Source of the DNA: a virus
Taxonomy: Duplodnaviria > Caudoviricetes
IMG/VR virus record: IMGVR_UViG_3300031627_000003
Coordinates: 1 to 36,544 of that record
Reading direction: 5' to 3' (one strand)
DNA: 36,544 nucleotides
Positions within the stretch are counted from its first letter, which is position 1, and the number at the start of each line of letters is the position of its first letter. The translations under genes were made by a program, and so were the position numbers. This document shows, one piece after another, positions 34,730 to 36,544 of the stretch. The notes below the pieces were generated by a model that saw only the letters and a program-made list of their open reading frames with translations, ran no database searches and had not been told where the DNA came from.

Positions 34730-36544
34730 TCCACAACCCCGAAACGACCGGAACCCAGACCGTCTCTGAGGGAGACCTTGACCCTATCGAGGTGATCCGA
34801 GCTGAGGTTGACGCAGCACTCTCAGCCCGTGGGGTGTGGGAGGAGCGACAGACGATGTGGTATAAGCTGCGCCACTCAGGGCTGAAGCGACCCCGAAAGC
34901 CGTTCCCCGGCGCAGCCGACATGACGTGGCCGTTGTCGGACATGATGATCGAGAAGCTGAAGCCATTCTACATTCAGCAGACGTTTGCGAACGAGCTGGT
35001 TGCCAATTTCTACTCCCTGCGAAGCTCACAGCAGGAATTCAACACCGCAGCTGCCCAGTGGTTCGACTACAAGCTGCGGCAGTTCACCAATTTCGAGAAC
35101 GAGATCGTCAGCGTTGCGGACTACATGCTCATGGGTGGCAAGGGCATCATCAAGATCCGGTGGGACGAGAACAAGAAGGAGGTCGCGTTTGACTCGGTTG
35201 ACCCGATGATGCTCATCGTGCCGTCCGACACCGTCGATTTGCAGGACGCTGACTGGGTGATTCAGGTTCACCAGATCAGCGAGGCTGCCTACCGGCGGAA
35301 CAAGCAATACAATCAGGCCATCCTCGATCAGGTCGTTTCTATGAATGGCGCAGAGGCCGAACGCCTACGTGATTCTGAGAAGATGGTCCGCGAAGGCATC
35401 ACGCACACGGCCACGGCTGGGAAGGTCGTGCTCTGGGAGTGCTACAAGAAGCTCGACGACGGCACCATCGAGGTCTGTGTCTTTGCACCGACGCTCCCTG
35501 AGCAGTTCATTGTTGAACCCAGCAAGAAGCTGCACGGGCCAAAGGTCCACCCGTTTGTAGAATACAACTCGGAGATCAAGGACAAGGGCTACTACGCCAG
35601 CCGGGGTCTACCTGAGCGCGTGGCTTCCATGCAAATGTCCATGAGCAAGCTCTGGAACGAGAAGCTCGACGCCATCACGGTGTTCAACCGCCCGATTTTC
35701 ACCAGTGACAACCCGATGGTGAACGCGGGGAACATTCGCATGAACCCCGGCGACATCATCCCCTTCCCCGTTAAGAAGATTCCGATGGACACTCCCCCGA
35801 TCAACTGGGATCTGGAGATCAACCAGCACCGCATGACTGCGGAGCAGCTGGTGGGCGTGCCGGATGCCGGCCTGACGCAAGCGTCAAGCAGTGAGCGGCG
35901 CACAGCGAGTGAGGTAAACCTGATCGGGTCACTCATGTCACAGGTAGTCGATCTCAGAAGCCGTGTGTTCCGCAAGGCACTGGCTGAGACATTCCGTCAG
36001 GCGTGGACCGTTATGATGGCCGAGTCTTCCGAGGACTTGGGGTTCTTCTTCCGAAACGATTTGATGGCGCTGCCCCCTGCGGCAATCCATGAGGAGTATC
36101 GCATTGAACCGCTGGCGAGCGCGGACAACCTGAACACGCAGTTCGTTTATCGCAAGAAGCTCGAGCGGTTCCAGCTGTTGCAGGGCAACCCGCACGTCAA
36201 CCAAATGAACCTCACCCGCGACCTGATTGCAGCCGGCGACCCACAGGACGTGAAGTCACTGATGATGGACGACAGCACGCAGGCAGCTGACCACGCGGAA
36301 GACCAAGCTACCGAAATCAACCGGATGCTCATCGGTTTCCCGTCGCAGATCAAGCCGGTCGATGACGATGCTGTCCATCTGGCGATCATCAAGGGCTTTG
36401 TGGAGCGGAGGGTCACGATGGACGAGGAGCTGACGCCCGAACTGGCGACGCTCCTTATGAACCACAGCAACATGCACTTCCGGCAGCTCCAGCAGAAAGA
36501 TCCCGACAGGGCTGGTGAGATGGAACCCGAGCTCCAGAAGATGG
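34726..36544 (+). CDS. Portal protein (3'-truncated; absent from ORF track)
   Basis: ATG 34726 (ATGA overlap). The frame appears open to the window end (606 codons or more; spot-checked by hand). Contains KPFPGAAD, GKGIIKIRWD and RTASEV, and follows the terminase. Confidence 0.85.
   Translation, partial: MIHNPETTGTQTVSEGDLDPIEVIRAEVDAALSARGVWEERQTMWYKLRHSGLKRPRKPFPGAADMTWPLSDMMIEKLKPFYIQQTFANELVANFYSLRSSQQEFNTAAAQWFDYKLRQFTNFENEIVSVADYMLMGGKGIIKIRWDENKKEVAFDSVDPMMLIVPSDTVDLQDADWVIQVHQISEAAYRRNKQYNQAILDQVVSMNGAEAERLRDSEKMVREGITHTATAGKVVLWECYKKLDDGTIEVCVFAPTLPEQFIVEPSKKLHGPKVHPFVEYNSEIKDKGYYASRGLPERVASMQMSMSKLWNEKLDAITVFNRPIFTSDNPMVNAGNIRMNPGDIIPFPVKKIPMDTPPINWDLEINQHRMTAEQLVGVPDAGLTQASSSERRTASEVNLIGSLMSQVVDLRSRVFRKALAETFRQAWTVMMAESSEDLGFFFRNDLMALPPAAIHEEYRIEPLASADNLNTQFVYRKKLERFQLLQGNPHVNQMNLTRDLIAAGDPQDVKSLMMDDSTQAADHAEDQATEINRMLIGFPSQIKPVDDDAVHLAIIKGFVERRVTMDEELTPELATLLMNHSNMHFRQLQQKDPDRAGEMEPELQKM

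Overview
This window is most of the genome of a podovirus-like tailed phage, probably temperate, read from a permuted start. GC content is about 60% by eye. The plus-strand virion block runs terS, terL, lipoprotein, DUF1353/PLA2-like gene and portal (31470 to the end), and resumes with tail fibre, lectin, tail nozzle and three ejection proteins (1-14422). The last ejection protein is a 2677-aa polyvalent protein. The minus-strand early/replication block (14419-31324) encodes a MoxR AAA+/VWA pair, small ORFs, a tyrosine recombinase, an Xis-like HTH, a RuvC-like resolvase, an SF2 helicase, a Cas4-like nuclease, an SSB-like protein, PolA and a split primase/SF3 helicase. I found no capsid or scaffold, repressor, recognisable endolysin, tRNA or CRISPR array. 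A PVC/Verrucomicrobiota-type host is an inference only. The most notable signals are: (1) a 9-bp palindrome TGTC(C/G)GACA present at least 19 times in all reading frames; (2) an ADP-ribosyltransferase-like cassette in the giant ejection protein, bounded by an exact in-frame 18-bp direct repeat and adjacent to a DNA-glycosylase-like module, with FSRRG linkers at the module borders; (3) a GGTGCCACC repeat cluster upstream of the recombinase; (4) a 27-bp intergenic hairpin. All family assignments come from motif recognition, not database searches.
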